Source: Octopus sinensis
Taxonomy: Eukaryota
Length of the DNA stretch: 64,000 nt
Reading direction: 5' to 3'
Assembly: GCF_006345805.1 (NCBI RefSeq)
Contig: NC_043013.1
Location: forward strand, 39,804,001-39,868,000
Position numbers and translations under genes: made by a program. The notes under the pieces were generated by a model. That model was not told where the DNA came from. It searched no databases and saw nothing but the letters and a program-made list of their open reading frames with translations. Of this stretch, positions 15,231-30,365 are shown in pieces; the stretch's first letter is position 1, and every line of letters begins with the position of its first letter.

Positions 15231-15377
15231 GTAGTTTTATTTTTATAGCGTGCTTTCACTTCACTACCGAGCACATCTCTGTGTGCCTTGGGTATGTGCT
15301 GTGATTTGTTGTGATGCTCTGATGGTTATTGTATGGAAAGTGTTCTGCGTAGGATGTGTGCAGTGCCTAGTAGTGCA

Positions 15378-15432
<55 letters not shown>

Positions 15433-17188
15433 TATTATTTATTATTATTATTATTATTAAGATATGCCCGTGGGCATATGTCAGTCATTGTTTTGACTCT
15501 TATCGTTTATAATGCATTGGACGATTTATTATCAGTTAGCAAATATCAGCAAATAGTTTGTTTAGTGAAGTTATAATGAAGACCCACACACTCTTATTAG
15601 ATTCGTTACTGCTGGATATCTTTGACTTAAGAGAGACAAGGGTGTCAAAACAACGGGGTGTCAAAAGTCTCGTTACTTTAATGAATTCATCCGAAAGCTG
15701 CTCTGTGTTAGCAAAAACACAGAACAGTGTTGGCAAAATACAACTACGATTAGCATATTTGAACGTTAGTACGCTAATCGCGGTTGTATGTTGTCTGGGG
15801 ATAACAACCTCTTTCAGACAATGTATGTTCACAACATATCCGAAAGGCAATGATGTTAAGGGACTTTGAGAGACCGCAGTTTATACACCTGGTTATGTCT
15901 CCTCAGTCAAATGTACCTACTGAATCATTGAATATCGGATGAATTGTGAACACACATTGTCAGGAGAAGGAGAAGCTGGTATCTGTAGACAAAATACGAC
16001 AGCGATTAGCAGATTCACGTTCTAATCTACCGGAAAATATTAGGGAAGAATATGTACTTCATTGTAATATGAGCCAGGATCGCTGAAATGCGTAGAAGCG
16101 ACAAATGAGATACAAGCCATCTCGGATCAAAGCACCGTTATATTATTATATTCTCTCTTGACAACGCAAAATTCCACAAGTCTACTGTAGTTGCAGAGAT
16201 CCAATTCGATTAGATTGATTAAACAAGCTGAACATCCAGTAGCATTTAACGAAACAGTATTGATGTGTTACTAATGTAAATAAAGTGGAATTGGTTGGAG
16301 AAGAATTTGGAGAAATTTAGTGACATATTGATTTCGAGTTTCTTTTTGGTTGTTTTTATAATCACAGAAAAGACAACGTTGTTGTTATTATAGCTGTTGT
16401 CGATGATGATGATGATTATGATGCTACAATTGTTGTTGATGCTGTTATTATGGTTGTTATCGGTGATGATGTTGATGATGCTGATCGAACAAACCTATGA
16501 ATGAATACTCTACAACCGTGACCAAATTGTTTTTCTGTTTGCAACCAGAACACATTATATGATTCGGGGAAAAATTTAGTTGCTGTTTCTAGCAGGTTGT
16601 GTGGCCACATAGAAGCTACCTAGTTTGCACGTCCTATAATGAGTTGAAGTATTTTCGAATCCTGAATACGAAACCTGATGCCAGTAATATACTACGGTTT
16701 ATTCAATCGACTCGTCCTCGTTCCACATAAATGTGTAACATTGTACATATATAAGTAATAAATATTTGTATTTTCCTATTCCTCATTAAAACAGTTTAAT
16801 TAATAGCAGTTTCAAATTTTGACACAAAGCCAGCACTTTTTAGGGGAGGGGTGGTCGATTACATCGCCCCCACCCACCTCCAAGGCACAACTGGTACTTT
16901 TTTATCAACTCCCAATGGATGAAAAGTAAAGTTGGTCTTAGCGGTATTCGAACACAGGACGTAAAGAGCCGGAAGAAATGCCGCTAAGCAATTTGTGCGA
17001 CGCGCTAAACATTCTGCCAGCTCACTGCTTTAATTCAATAATTAATACTCCCCCGCCACCATTTCTTGCAGACCTTGATTCAATGGTTCTAAACTAAGCT
17101 CCGCAGCACAGGGTGCCCCACTGGATGTGCCACGACGTTGCTTATTCTTTTAAAACATAATCTAAAGCGTTAAAAATCTTTACATATA

Positions 17189-17359
17189 GGCGCAGGCGTG
17201 GTTGTGTGGTAAGATGCTTGCTTCCTAACCACATGGTTCCGGGTTCAATCCCACTGCGTGGCACCTGGGGCAAATCTCTTCTACTATAGCTCCAGACCGA
17301 CCAAAGCCTTCTGAGTGGCAATGATAGTCGGAAACTGAAAGAATCCCGTCGTATATATG

Positions 17360-17404
<45 letters not shown>

Positions 17405-18109
17405 TGCTAAAATGAAATGATAAACACACATATAACATCCAAAAGTACATCCTTTTTCATCTGATGGAATTAAAATCATGTCATCTAAATGTATATTTAA
17501 TGTGAAAATTTGTAATTAAATTATAGAGTATTAATTGAAACGGCTGTAAGAAGAGAAGATGGCCAATTTGTTGCTAATAATAAACAATTATTAACTTCTT
17601 AATCTCCATTTTCTCTTCTTTATACATATATATATATATATGTGTGTGTGTGCGTGTGTGTGCGTATGTATGTATGTATTTATGTGTGTGTGTGTGTTTG
17701 TCCTCCTGCCATCGCTTGGCAACAGATACCAGTGTGTTTACGTCCCTATAACGTAGCGGTTCGGCAAAAGAGACCGATACAGTAAGTGCTAGGCTTACAA
17801 AGAATAAGTCCTGGTGTCGATTTCTTCGACTAAAAAACTGTAAGGCGATGCTCCAGCATGGCCGCAGTCAAATGATTGGAACAAGTAAGAGAATAAAAGA
17901 ATAATGCTTAAGTGTCTTGAAAAGTTTGTTATTCATAAATTTGTAAAATACACCGGCGCAGATATGATTGTGTGGTTAACAAGTTCGTTTCACGTTAACT
18001 TGATCTCGGTTCAATTCTACTGGGTGACACCTTGAACAAGGTATTTTCTACTGTAGCACCAAAGCCGTAAATTCGATAGACGGAAACTATAGAAACCTGT
18101 CATGTGTGT

Positions 18110-18145
<36 letters not shown>

Positions 18146-18480
18146 ACGTTGGCCTGTGTGTGCGTTTGCCTCTGTGTGTGTGTGCGTTTGCCTCTGTGTG
18201 TGTGTGTGCGTGTATGCGTGTGTTGGCCTATGTGCGAAAATGTCTGAGCGTGCTCTTGGATGTGTGTATCTCTGTGGATTGTGTGTTGGCTTGCTTATGT
18301 CCCCGTAAATATGTGGTTCGGCAAAAGCGCCCGATGGAATAAGCACTAAGTATTAAAGGGATGTCAACCCCACCCGCCAAAAGAAGTATCGGGGTCGATT
18401 TGTTGGACAAAACACTATAAATATGTTGCTCCAGTATGACCGTAGTCCAATGACTGAAACAAATAAATGAGCATGGTAAC
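17189..18480 (+). mobile_element. SINE family B copies and fragments
   Basis: Head GGCGCAGG..GTGGTTGTGTGGTAAG, B-box-like GGTTCAATCCC, and the family tail GAATAAGTCC..GTCGATTT. Confidence 0.8.
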
Positions 18481-19067
18481 AAAGAATTTATAAGTATTTG
18501 AGAAGTAAACTAAGGAAGAATGTAAAGTTTCGATTTGTTTTCTATATTTTAAACTTTATTCTTTCTTTTACGCCTTTGCTGGTTTCATGACTACAGCCAT
18601 GCAGGAGTACCGCCTTGAAGGCTTTTAGTCGAAGAAATCGACCCCAGGATTTATTCTATGTAAGCCTAGTACTTATTCTATCGGTCTCTTTCACCGAGCC
18701 GCTAAGTTACGAGGACGCAAACACACCAAAACCAGTTGCCAAGCGGTGATAGGGGCACAAACACAGACACAAATACACACATACATAGACATATACATAC
18801 ATATATATAAATATGTAGGTATATATATGTATATATATATGTATATATATGTATATATATATTATATATATATATATATATATAACTTAAAATTGTATGA
18901 TAGATTGCCGTCAATTCATTCTCTCTTACCTGTTTGTGTCTGCCTTCCAATTGCTGTTTTTACTGAGATCTCCCTTTTTAGTAGAAGAAATAGCTATAAC
19001 TCTTTGACTGCTATTTCTAAATTCGGGATGTGGTAAGGCAATTCGTTGCTAAACCCTTTATTGCTTA

Positions 19068-19490
<423 letters not shown>

Positions 19491-19739
19491 AACGAAAACA
19501 CAATAGAGGACAATAAAATATTGGGACAGATATACGATACAAAGGCGGAAGGAAAAACAACAATTAGGACAGGCAAAAAAGGCCTTCTTTCCTCAGTCAA
19601 ATTACCAGAAGTCCTTACTGTTTCGGACATACCAAAGTAAGTACATAAAGGTGGGAAAAATAGTACTCGAATACTGGAGGCAGAGTATTATGCTTTACTA
19701 TTATGTAAGCTGCAGAAACATCACAAAAACATCACAAAA

Positions 19740-20045
19740 AGCTGTTACTCAGAGCTTCACGTTCCCATTCGTTCCCATTGCCGAACCGCTAGGTTACGGG
19801 GACGTAAACACACCACTATCAGTTGTCAAGCGATGTTGGGTGGGGGGGGTGGGGGAACACACACACACAAAAATATACACACACATACAGATATATGTAC
19901 ATATATAAGATGGGCTTCTTTCAGTTTCCGTCTACCAGATCCAATCACAAGGCTTTGGTCGGCCCGAGGCTATAGTAGAAGACACTGTCCCGAGGTGCAC
20001 GCAGTGGGAATGAACCCGGAACCATGTGGTTGGTAAGTAAGCTAC
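19740..20045 (-). mobile_element. SINE family B
   Basis: Reverse complement of the family B consensus. Confidence 0.85.
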
Positions 20046-20204
20046 TTTGTTTCATTAAATTTGTCATCAAGACAGATATAGATTAGGTAGCTTTGCGGGC
20101 TGGACAAGATATTAATGAAATGAATGATAATGATACAAGGATGATAAGGATGGGAGAAGGTAGAAAGCGCCCGCCGACCTTCTGCTTCTCTATAACATTG
20201 TTCT

Positions 20205-22065
20205 TTAACAAATCATTACATGAGGCAATGAACCTCTTACAACAATGACAACATAAAATTTACATATTTCGGCGCTAAGCCTATTCTTCTTCGCCCCCCG
20301 ACCAGAATGTGAGCTGCCCATAGGTACTGCCCCGGTTCCCAGTCGAGGTCCCAAAACACGATTCTGAACAAGTCCCTCGTTAAGGAGCGCACGACCATGG
20401 ACATGTTGCCCTCCGATATGACCTTCGCAGTCACCTGCGAAGGCCAACTCTTGCCTTCAGTCCAGGCTAAGAGCTCCTCCGTCAAGCCTCGCTTCCTTAG
20501 GAAGCTTTCTATCGTCCCTCCCTTCAGAAAGAGCATGACAAATACATTTTCCGTCCTTCTAGGATGGGCCACTGCTCCGTCTGTCGGTAGCACACTTCCC
20601 ACCGACAGAGTTTCGGGGCATGCTGGCATTTGATCGTCAACTGCCAGCGATGTCCCATTCTTTTTTCTCTTTTTCTTTTTTTCTCTTCTCGACGGGAGGG
20701 TGAGGTTCCTCCAACTTGTCCGGGAGTCCCTTCTTCTCTCCTGCCGCCTCAGAATCCATCGGTGGGCAACCATTGTTGCCCACCTTCTTTCTTTTTTTCC
20801 TTTCGAGAGGGTTACCTCCTCCTCAACTTTTTCTACCTCTCCCTCCGTTATATAATCAGGAGGCTCCGTTGGAGAAAAAACATCCTCCTCTATTAACTTC
20901 TGCAGTGCCCTTGCTCGGTTCTTGGGGTAGTTCTTCTTTATGTGGCCCGATTCTAGGCACAGGTGACACTTGTGGGGGCGTCCTTCAAGAGTTACTGGAT
21001 ACCTAGAACCGGCCATCTTCAAAAATCTGGAAAAACCAGATCTTTGGCTGATTGGGTTCATAGGGTCAAAATTGCTTTCTACCCCACCCAATCAGCCACA
21101 GGAAGCATTCTAACATTTAAGAGCCTGGTTCCACTGCTACCCAGACCCATGCGGAGAGTGTTCTCTATCCACTCGGGCTCAATTCCGGGTGGCAGCCCAC
21201 ACACCCAGGCTCTTGTCAATTTCCTTCCACGATATGTGGGGAGAAACAAAATTTTTTCCCCTTCCAGGGACTGGCTAGGGAAAATGCTAGCCTCCTTAGG
21301 AATGTCAAATAGCAACCACACTGTTGCAAATTTGACACCCCTTGCGATAAACTTGATAGTTAGCAGGTATTCTGCCAACTCTTTTTTCTATCTCGTCTTG
21401 AGAGAACACAGTGATGGTGTCGAGGGACTTGGAATATGTCCTCAACACCACGATTCTCTCATTACGGTCCTTCAACCACTGCTTAGGGGTAAAATCACCC
21501 ATTCCAGCACAGTGCCCTTCTCTGTTGCCATGCTTGCAAAAACTAAAGAAAGTTTCCAAAAAAGAAGGTCCAACACAAAGTTCAAAAAAGTTCAATAAAA
21601 ACAAAAAAGAACAAAAAGACAGAGTAGAGAAAAAGAAAGAAGGAAGACAGTTCAAATCACGGCAACACATTTCCGCCACTCCGGTAATCCGCAAAAATAC
21701 AGGTACTCCAATCGCAGCACAAAATTAATCCATCCTGCCTTCGTACTCCTTGCCCGTGGTAAATCCAATGGAACTTCACGAACAAAGTAACACAAAAACA
21801 GTTTTCATAATCAAACAAATTTTTTGCGGAGGGGATACGCCTCCTCAAAAACACAATTCCCACTACAAAGTCTTTTCACACGACCACAGGGAGCCAAATG
21901 TCTGGAGCAGAGTGGAGATTGTTGCTCAACAAAAATTACTAATAACAGAACCACTAAGCTCCACTAAGCCCCACCAAAAATACAACAAACGCCTACCTGT
22001 AGTCGAGCTTCAAACGTTCAATATTTCACGACAAAATACGTGACTTTCAAGTAACAAGAAATCCC
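20205..22065 (-). mobile_element. L1/Tx1-clade LINE 5' part: 5' UTR + frameshifted ORF1 with zinc knuckle
   Basis: ORF pieces 21305..21694, 21079..21378 and 20237..21091 give RRM-like segments plus CHLCLESGHIKKNY (CCHC with the last Cys changed to Tyr), then acidic/basic low complexity. I did not recognise an ORF2. Confidence 0.7.
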
Positions 22066-22258
22066 CTGTAGTACAGGTAAGCAAGCTACTTACCACACAG
22101 CCACTCCTGCGCCTATAATATATATATATATATATATAATATAATATATTATATATATATATATTAATAATCTATATATATATATAATATATATAATAAT
22201 ATTATATACATATATAATATATAATACATATATAATATATATTATACACATATATAAT

Positions 22259-22307
<49 letters not shown>

Positions 22308-22384
22308 TAATATATATATATAATACGTATATATATATATATAATATATATATATATAATATATAATATAATATATATATATAT

Positions 22385-22418
<34 letters not shown>

Positions 22419-22460
22419 TAATACGTATATATATATATATCTATATTATATATATATATA

Positions 22461-22491
<31 letters not shown>

Positions 22492-23009
22492 AATATATAT
22501 AATACAATATATATATATTAATATATTATATATATATTATATATATATATATGTATATATACGAAGGGCTTCTTTCAGGTTCTGTCTACCAAATCCACTC
22601 GCAAAGCTTTGGTCGGCCTGAGGCTATGATAGAAGTCACTCGGTGTCAGGCAGTGGGACTGAACCCGGAATAACGTGGTTGGGTAGCAAATGTCTTACTA
22701 CACAGCCACGCCAGCACCTAAAGCAAACTTTGTTTGTTTGTTTACGTTCATCATAATTTATACTTTATACAGTATTTTGGCTGTTGTTTTTTTGTTGTTG
22801 TTGTTGTTTTTTTGTTATAAAAATTTCCGTATGACAGACGCCAGTAATTTCTTTTTATCTAATCTCCTGTCTGCCCTGAAACATTCTCTTTGAAAACTAC
22901 AGCCTAAATAGTAGGAGATTTGAATGTAATCAAAGTGGAACTAATCCAGTATTTTATCTTAAAGTTCTGTGACTGATAGGAAAATTAATTGTTCGATGTT
23001 TTATCTCAG

Positions 23010-23405
23010 TGGTTCTTTTACTTGTTTCAGCCATGTGATGCTGCCATGCTGAAGCACGGCCTTCAAGGGTGCTTTTTTAGTCGAAGAAATCGACCCCCGT
23101 ACTTATTCTTTGTAAGTCTAGTACTTATTCTATCGTTCTCTTTTGCCGAACCACCTATGTACTAGGACGTAAATTCACTAATATCGGTTGTCAAGCGATG
23201 GTGGGGGAGGGACAGACAAAAAGACACATAAATACATAAACATGTATACATATACGATGGTATTCTTTCAGTTTCTGCCTACCAAATCTACTCACAAGGC
23301 TTTGGTTGGCTCGAGACTGTAGTAGAAGAAATTTGCCCAAGGTGCCACGCAGTGGGACTGAACCCGGAGCCATATGGTTGTGACGCAACCTTCTTACCAC
23401 ACAGC
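23010..23405 (-). mobile_element. SINE family B
   Basis: Reverse complement of the family B consensus. Confidence 0.85.
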
Positions 23406-23497
23406 CCCAAACCATCCCTTTTAAATAGTTATTATGCCTAGCGCCCACCTAAGTGGCGAGTGAGTTATCACGACTAATCTAACTTCATATTGGATAA

Positions 23498-23888
23498 TCT
23501 TTATATATAAAAGTCAAGTTGTGTGTCTGTCTCCTACGATTTAGATTCCTAACTACTCCCACACTTTGCGGTGCAGTTTAACCAAAACCGGGTATCTTAT
23601 AGTCGTGATTTATATCGAGCCCTTCTGGGTATTAGCGCGCGTCTACGATGAGTCTACGATTTAAAACAAAATTTACCACCATTTTTTTTCCATTTTAATG
23701 CATTTCTTTCGCTATTATATAAGGGAGGTAACTCTTTAAAAAATGTCTACGATGTGTCAACGATTTTACCATCATTTTTTTTCCATTTTTAATGCATTTT
23801 TGTTTCTATTTTTTGGCTATAACTCTCTAAAAATGCTTATATAGTTATTTCCCTTACAAACCCGAGCAACGCCGGGCGATACTGCTAG
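23498..23888 (+). mobile_element. Non-autonomous Helitron, 391 bp
   Basis: 5' TC (TCTTTATATATAAAAG), 3' CTAG, subterminal hairpin CCCGAGCAACGCCGGG (23861-23876). Inserted between A and T with no TSD. Confidence 0.85.
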
Positions 23889-24613
23889 TAAATTATAAAT
23901 TTTACTCAGTCGAGTGACCCTTTTCTGAATGCAGTCTAGAATGGGTGCGGTAGCAGCACGTACCGAGATGTCAGACCAATATTCCAACACTCCACGAACG
24001 TAAAAGTAAACAGCCCAAGACAGCAGCTGCAGCTAAGAATTGAAACTGAGCCGTTGCTTCATTTCAACGAAGAACCTACTTCCTGTTGCGCAGCATTCGT
24101 CACAGACTGAGAATTTGTTTAATTTCGCTTCAATAGTTCAACAGACAAAAACCTGTTAATGAGTTGGAGGCCAAATAAATTAACAATTCTTGACATGCCG
24201 CCTACGTATTATCGCTTACTGCCTCCAGCCATTTACGCCGTCGTCGTCGTCGTCGTCATCGACATCATCATCATCATCGTCGTCGTCGTTGTTGTCGTTC
24301 TCTTTGTCGTTGTCGTTGTCGTCGTCATGAGCGTCATAACCGATGATATCATCACCATTTTATTTTCATCATCTTTTTTTTTCTTTTTCTCCTTCAGTTA
24401 TTACTAATACTGCTGCTGCTGCTGCTACCAATAACAATAGCAATAAGTAGATGAAGGAGTAAAGAGGAAGAAAGAGGAGGAAGAGAAGAAACAAAGAAGA
24501 AGAAAAAGAGGAAGGTGATGATGATGATATCTCTTCTCATTTCACTCAACATCTATCGACATATTTCCATTCATTCATTTATTCATTCATACATACATAC
24601 ATACATACATACA

Positions 24614-24645
<32 letters not shown>

Positions 24646-24732
24646 CATACATATATATATACTACAAATATATTATATACATAATTATATATATACAGAC
24701 ATACATATATACATACACATATATATATATAT

Positions 24733-24775
<43 letters not shown>

Positions 24776-25459
24776 ATTATATATATATATACATACATAG
24801 ATGCACACACTGTGTCATTTTCTCTTTTTTATGTTATTCTTCTCTTCCCTTTCATTGTTCTTCAAGAAAGAACTTTCGGTATAAGGTTTCTTTTATGTCG
24901 CCCTAAATAGTCAAACACAAACGAGCAACGTTAGGTCGAAAGCGACCACTTAAGCCAGACCGAACGGCTATACTCGGTAAATTTATTCAGCATCCCCTTT
25001 GGGAACAATCGTCAAATTATTAGCCAATACTTAACGACTGAAGCGACTTTTTGACTCAACTAATTTCTTGTTGGATGTTTGTGTGTTTGTGTTTCTTTTG
25101 TTTTTAGTTTTCTTTGTTTTTTTTTTTTCTAAACTTGAGAAATGATAATATCGATTACCTAAACGAATGAATGGAGAACAATTGACTGATACACGCTGTT
25201 TCCATTAAAGTGCGGTCGTGTTATTATCGAGTATTTTGACGGGATATCATCTGATGTTGTGGAGTGAATACTGAGTTAGAGTATGTTAAGCTTAAGTTTC
25301 GGCTCGTTTTTCTTTGTATTCATGGTGTGGCCCGATCTGGTCTGTCCTGATATTATGTGTGCCCTGATGCGGTGTGGACTGCAGTGGACTCGTACGGTGT
25401 AGTGTGAATTTTTGGCTTGATCTGTCCCAGTGCAAAGTTTAAAAAAAGTAAAAGTAAAG

Positions 25460-25692
25460 TTACCTTCTCGACCCATAAGGGCCGGTTTCCCGATTTCATT
25501 GCAGATATATTCCCCACTTGGACGGGACGCCGGTCAGTCACAGGGTTACTCATGTTTGCCAGCTGAGTGGACTGGACTAACGTAAAATGAAGATTTTTGC
25601 TCAAGAATACAACGCGTCAACTGGTCCAGGAATCGAAACCACAATCGTACGATGATGAGTCCAATACCCTAACCACAAAGCTATGCTCTCCA
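25460..25692 (-). mobile_element. Third SINE-like family (related fragments at ~37415-37505 and ~39380-39500)
   Basis: tRNA-like head on the minus strand (GGTTTCGATTCC B-box). Shares AGCTGAGTGGACTGG..GCTCAAGAA with 39400-39430. Confidence 0.6.
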
Positions 25693-26601
25693 CTGTGTTC
25701 CGCTGTGAATTTGTGCGATTTAGCGTGGGGATGGTGTGGGCTACTGTGACCTAGTGTGGCCAGCTGTTAATTAACGTGAACTTGTATGAGTTGTTGCAGT
25801 AACGTAGCAAGCTTCTAAAATCAGGTGGGGCGAGCACATGAAAAAAATGTGCCGTGGCAGACACCAAACAATTTTTAACTGATTTTCCTTATGATATGCG
25901 AAATATTTCATTAGTTATAATATACGTAATTATATTCTACATTCATTAATTTCATACATTATTTACATTATTTACATTTCACGGATATTTGTCCTCAACT
26001 TGTTTGTTGTTAATTCCTCTTCTTGTTAACTTCCTCTTCTTGACGGACAAATATCTGTCAAATGTAAATAATGTAAATAATGTAGATAATTCCTCATCTC
26101 TTATATACAGAACTGCATTAATTTCATGTTTGAATAACAATGTTATTATGTATGAAACTAATGATAAGAAATGACGTGGAAAAGTTGAAAAAGAATTAAG
26201 TATCGAGGTGATGTCAGCGGACACCTACACATCGCAAGAGACTGAGCAGAGAGTTTAAAAAATCACAGGAGGCCGGTAAAATAAAGGCAATGCGATTAAC
26301 AAAAAATAAGAATAGATTCGACTTTTACTGCAGAAGTGAACTAAAGAATTTTTTTTTAATTGTCAAAAAGACTCCAATTTTGAAAAATATGCCTGTGGGA
26401 AGAGGTGGCTCTCCTATTTGGTACGGCACTGGCTTGCTGTGGATTGCAGAGGCCTGTTGTGGTCAGATGTGGAATGGTATACCATTCTGTAGCCTACTGT
26501 GATTTTGTGTGGCCTGATTTGATAGTGCGTCTTGCTATGGTGTGTGCTGGTGTTACCAGGTACATATATATATATACGTATATATATATATACATACATA
26601 C

Positions 26602-26635
<34 letters not shown>

Positions 26636-26636
26636 G

Positions 26637-26676
<40 letters not shown>

Positions 26677-26857
26677 TCATAATATATACATATATATATA
26701 CATACATACATATATATACATATATATATATATATATACATGCATACATATATATACATATTACATATATATATATATACATACATACATACATATAATA
26801 TATATATATATATATAGATACATACATAGTTACCATAATATATATATATATACATAC

Positions 26858-26888
<31 letters not shown>

Positions 26889-27031
26889 CATACATACATA
26901 TATATATATACATACATACATATATATATACATATATTATATATATACATATATATATAATATACATACATATATATTACATACATATATATTATATATG
27001 TATGTATACGTATATATATAAATATATATCT

Positions 27032-27069
<38 letters not shown>

Positions 27070-27657
27070 ATATATACATATATATATAATATTTATAATA
27101 TTAGACCCGTTAGGTTTGATGATTTGGAAACGAGAAAAATAACAATAAAAATGCCATTTTAACTCTTTGCCTGTCCAAAGCATTTTCGGAAGTCTGTCTC
27201 AAACCTCCATGCTTGCCTTTTTACTTTAAGTTAACCCTTGTTTGATACGCTCTGACTAACATAAAGCTTTCCTCCCATAAGCCTCAAGTTACTCTGAGGA
27301 CAATACATGGACACATGTGTTTGATAAACAATGCATGGACACATGTGATAATGCAGGACAGACAAAGGGTTAAAATATATTATTTCATTTTAGTCCATAT
27401 TAAATTTTTAAGTTTCTTCACAGTTAATAGAAAATATTATCAAGTTTCACAGCTAAAATGTATATTTTTCATTCTTATTATAAATGTAGTTTTTTTTGTT
27501 GTTTTTTTGCCCAATTAAACTTTAAAGATAGAAGAAATAACTGGGATTTTTTAACTGTAAAGCTGAGCAACATATTCTGAAGAAATGTTAAAATTCAACG
27601 TGCTTCTTGGTTATCTGTATTTTCAGGACACTAAATCGGCACAAAACACACACACTG

Positions 27658-27739
<82 letters not shown>

Positions 27740-28307
27740 TGACTGTATGTACGTGTGTGCGTGTAGAAGTGTGCCGGGGGCGTATACATGTCTATATGGT
27801 TGTATTTATGTGTACATCACTATAGATGTACCGCGCTGAAAATGTCATCGAACATAATGTATACATAAACAAGACGTCGCTTATCTGTGTTTCGATAATA
27901 GAAGTTCCAGTCGTTAAATAGCCTGAAATACCTGTATTTTGTTTTATAGGGTATATCATTAGTTCAAAGGTTGTTGTATACTTATAGATTTAGGGATTAT
28001 TCAGCGACAGAAAAGAATACGGTTATTATTCTCCCTATATAGTATGTATGTATGTATGTATGTATGTATGTATGTATGTATGTATGTATGTATGTATGTA
28101 TGTATGTATGTATGTATGTGTATGTATATATATATATATATGGACAGATACATTCATACATAAATATATATATATGAATATATATATATACACATATATA
28201 CACGTATGTATATGTATTATTATATATATGTACATACGTATGCATATATATATATATTTATATATATAAATGCATAAACATATACCTAGGTATATTCATA
28301 TATATAT

Positions 28308-28346
<39 letters not shown>

Positions 28347-29374
28347 TGTATATAGGTATATATATATATTTGTGTTTGTATAATGTACTGTACCGTAATG
28401 GTTAGAGCAACAAAGAAAGTACACCGTGTGGTGAGAGATAAATATTTAATAGACAGAATACGTTTTTAAGTGCCACAAATTCTTTCATACGTTGAGAAAT
28501 ACCTGAAACCTATTCGTGAGGCACAAACAGTATATCAAAAGGAACTAAGTTTTTTTATAGTTCGTTATGATATGTGGCATGTTTCACTTCTTCCCTAGAA
28601 TATTAACTTAATCTCTTTCATAAGCATTTAACCGTCATATAAGACAAATAATTCACTTCTTCCCTAGAACATTAACTTTATCTCTTTCAAAACCATGTAA
28701 CCTTCAGTATTAAAAACAAAAAACCCTGAAGAGATTCTATCCTATATTATTTAAAATTATCATTAATTCTCAACATTGGATTTAATATAATTCTTGAAAT
28801 TATGCATTTATCTATAGGCTGGAATCGAAACATATGTAGGTCTTTTGAATTCATTTGCATTCAGTTTTTACCTTGGAACTATGCTAATAAATTAATTTAC
28901 ATCTTTACCAACTCCATTTCCTCAAGTCCATTTCCTCAACTTTTATTGAGTAATATATTTATATATGTATGTATGTGCATATATGTATATATATGTATGT
29001 ATGTACATGTATATATGTATGTATATGTATTTGTCCATGTGCACATGAGTGGATGAATCTATGCGCATAATTTTCAGTGTTTATTAGCGTGTGTGTACAA
29101 CCACATACGTACATATATGTATTTGTGTGTACATATGTATATACATGTACACATGTACATACGTATGTGTGTATGTATATGTGTGTGTATCTATATATCT
29201 ATATATATATATAGATATTAGTTTTTCCTTGGGGCTGGCCAAATTGGAGCAATCTCGAGTATAACTAGCCGAAATTGCAAAGATAATCTGCAACTTGACT
29301 GGGGAAAGAAAACTGACTGGTTCTTGTCCTTTTTTTTGTTTTATATATATAGATAGATATAGATATAGATATAG

Positions 29375-29407
<33 letters not shown>

Positions 29408-29646
29408 TGTATGTATGTATGTATGTATGTATGTATGTATGTATATGTATACACACACACACACACACATATGTATATTATATAATAAACAGACATACAT
29501 ACATATGCACATACCGATGTCATCTGCTGTAGGTTCTATTTTTCCAAAGCCAAATTTGGTAGTCATGAATTCTCATGAAGCATTCATACATACATACACA
29601 CATACATTTACATACACATTTATGCATATGTATATGTATATATATA

Positions 29647-29680
<34 letters not shown>

Positions 29681-29934
29681 TCATAAATGAGGGTGAAAAT
29701 TAGATATTAATTTAATAATTATTATGCATATGTATATATATATATATATACAAATTAGTAAATAAATGGCACAACAAAGTACCGATATTACTGGAAATAG
29801 CGAACGTAAAAATACGACGCTAAAGTGTAGCTTCACCACGTATGTATTAGTAAAAATGCGTGTGTGCAACAAAATAGAGAAAAAAAACCGTCTTACCTCC
29901 AGGGAGAACATCTGAGATGAAACACCCGGAAAAT

Positions 29935-30020
29935 GGATAATGTGGTACCTGCAGGTTTCAGTTTTTGCAAGATATGTTCTCTCACCCATATTTGCTTACC
30001 TTCTTCAGCCAAACATATAC
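29935..30020 (-). ncRNA. Type I hammerhead ribozyme, array copy 1
   Basis: CUGAAGA core, GAAA, palindromic stem III ACCUGCAGGU, cleavage triplet GUA. One mismatch in the basal stem II (AGGU/AACU). Confidence 0.8.
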
Positions 30021-30365
30021 CAAGACGAAACTACGATGTTACCACATAAATACTAACACACTCGACTGAAATACGGAACGCTAACAGTACGAGAAACGGT
30101 GAAGAAGTTTCAAAATATCAGTAATGCAATACAAAGTATTGCCTTCCAGTAAAAAGTAGCCCGTGAGGGAAAAATACACAAATTAGTAAATAAATGGCAC
30201 AACAAAGTACCGATATTTACTGGAAATAGCGAACGTAAAAATACGACGCTAAAGTGTAGCTTCACCGCGTATGTATTAGTAAAAATGCGTGTGTGCAACA
30301 AAATAGAGAAAAAAAACCGTCTTACCTCCAGGGAGAACATCTGAAAGATGAAACACCCGGAAAAT

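Noticed and set aside
15536-15869. Overlapping ~104-aa ORFs on both strands
   Set aside because: No recognisable family, and the length is within chance expectation for a 64-kb six-frame scan.
15860-15915. Minus-strand HHR look-alike CUGAGGA...UAAAC UGCG GUC
   Set aside because: The essential G12 is replaced by U, the stem II closing pair is mismatched, and there is no second copy.
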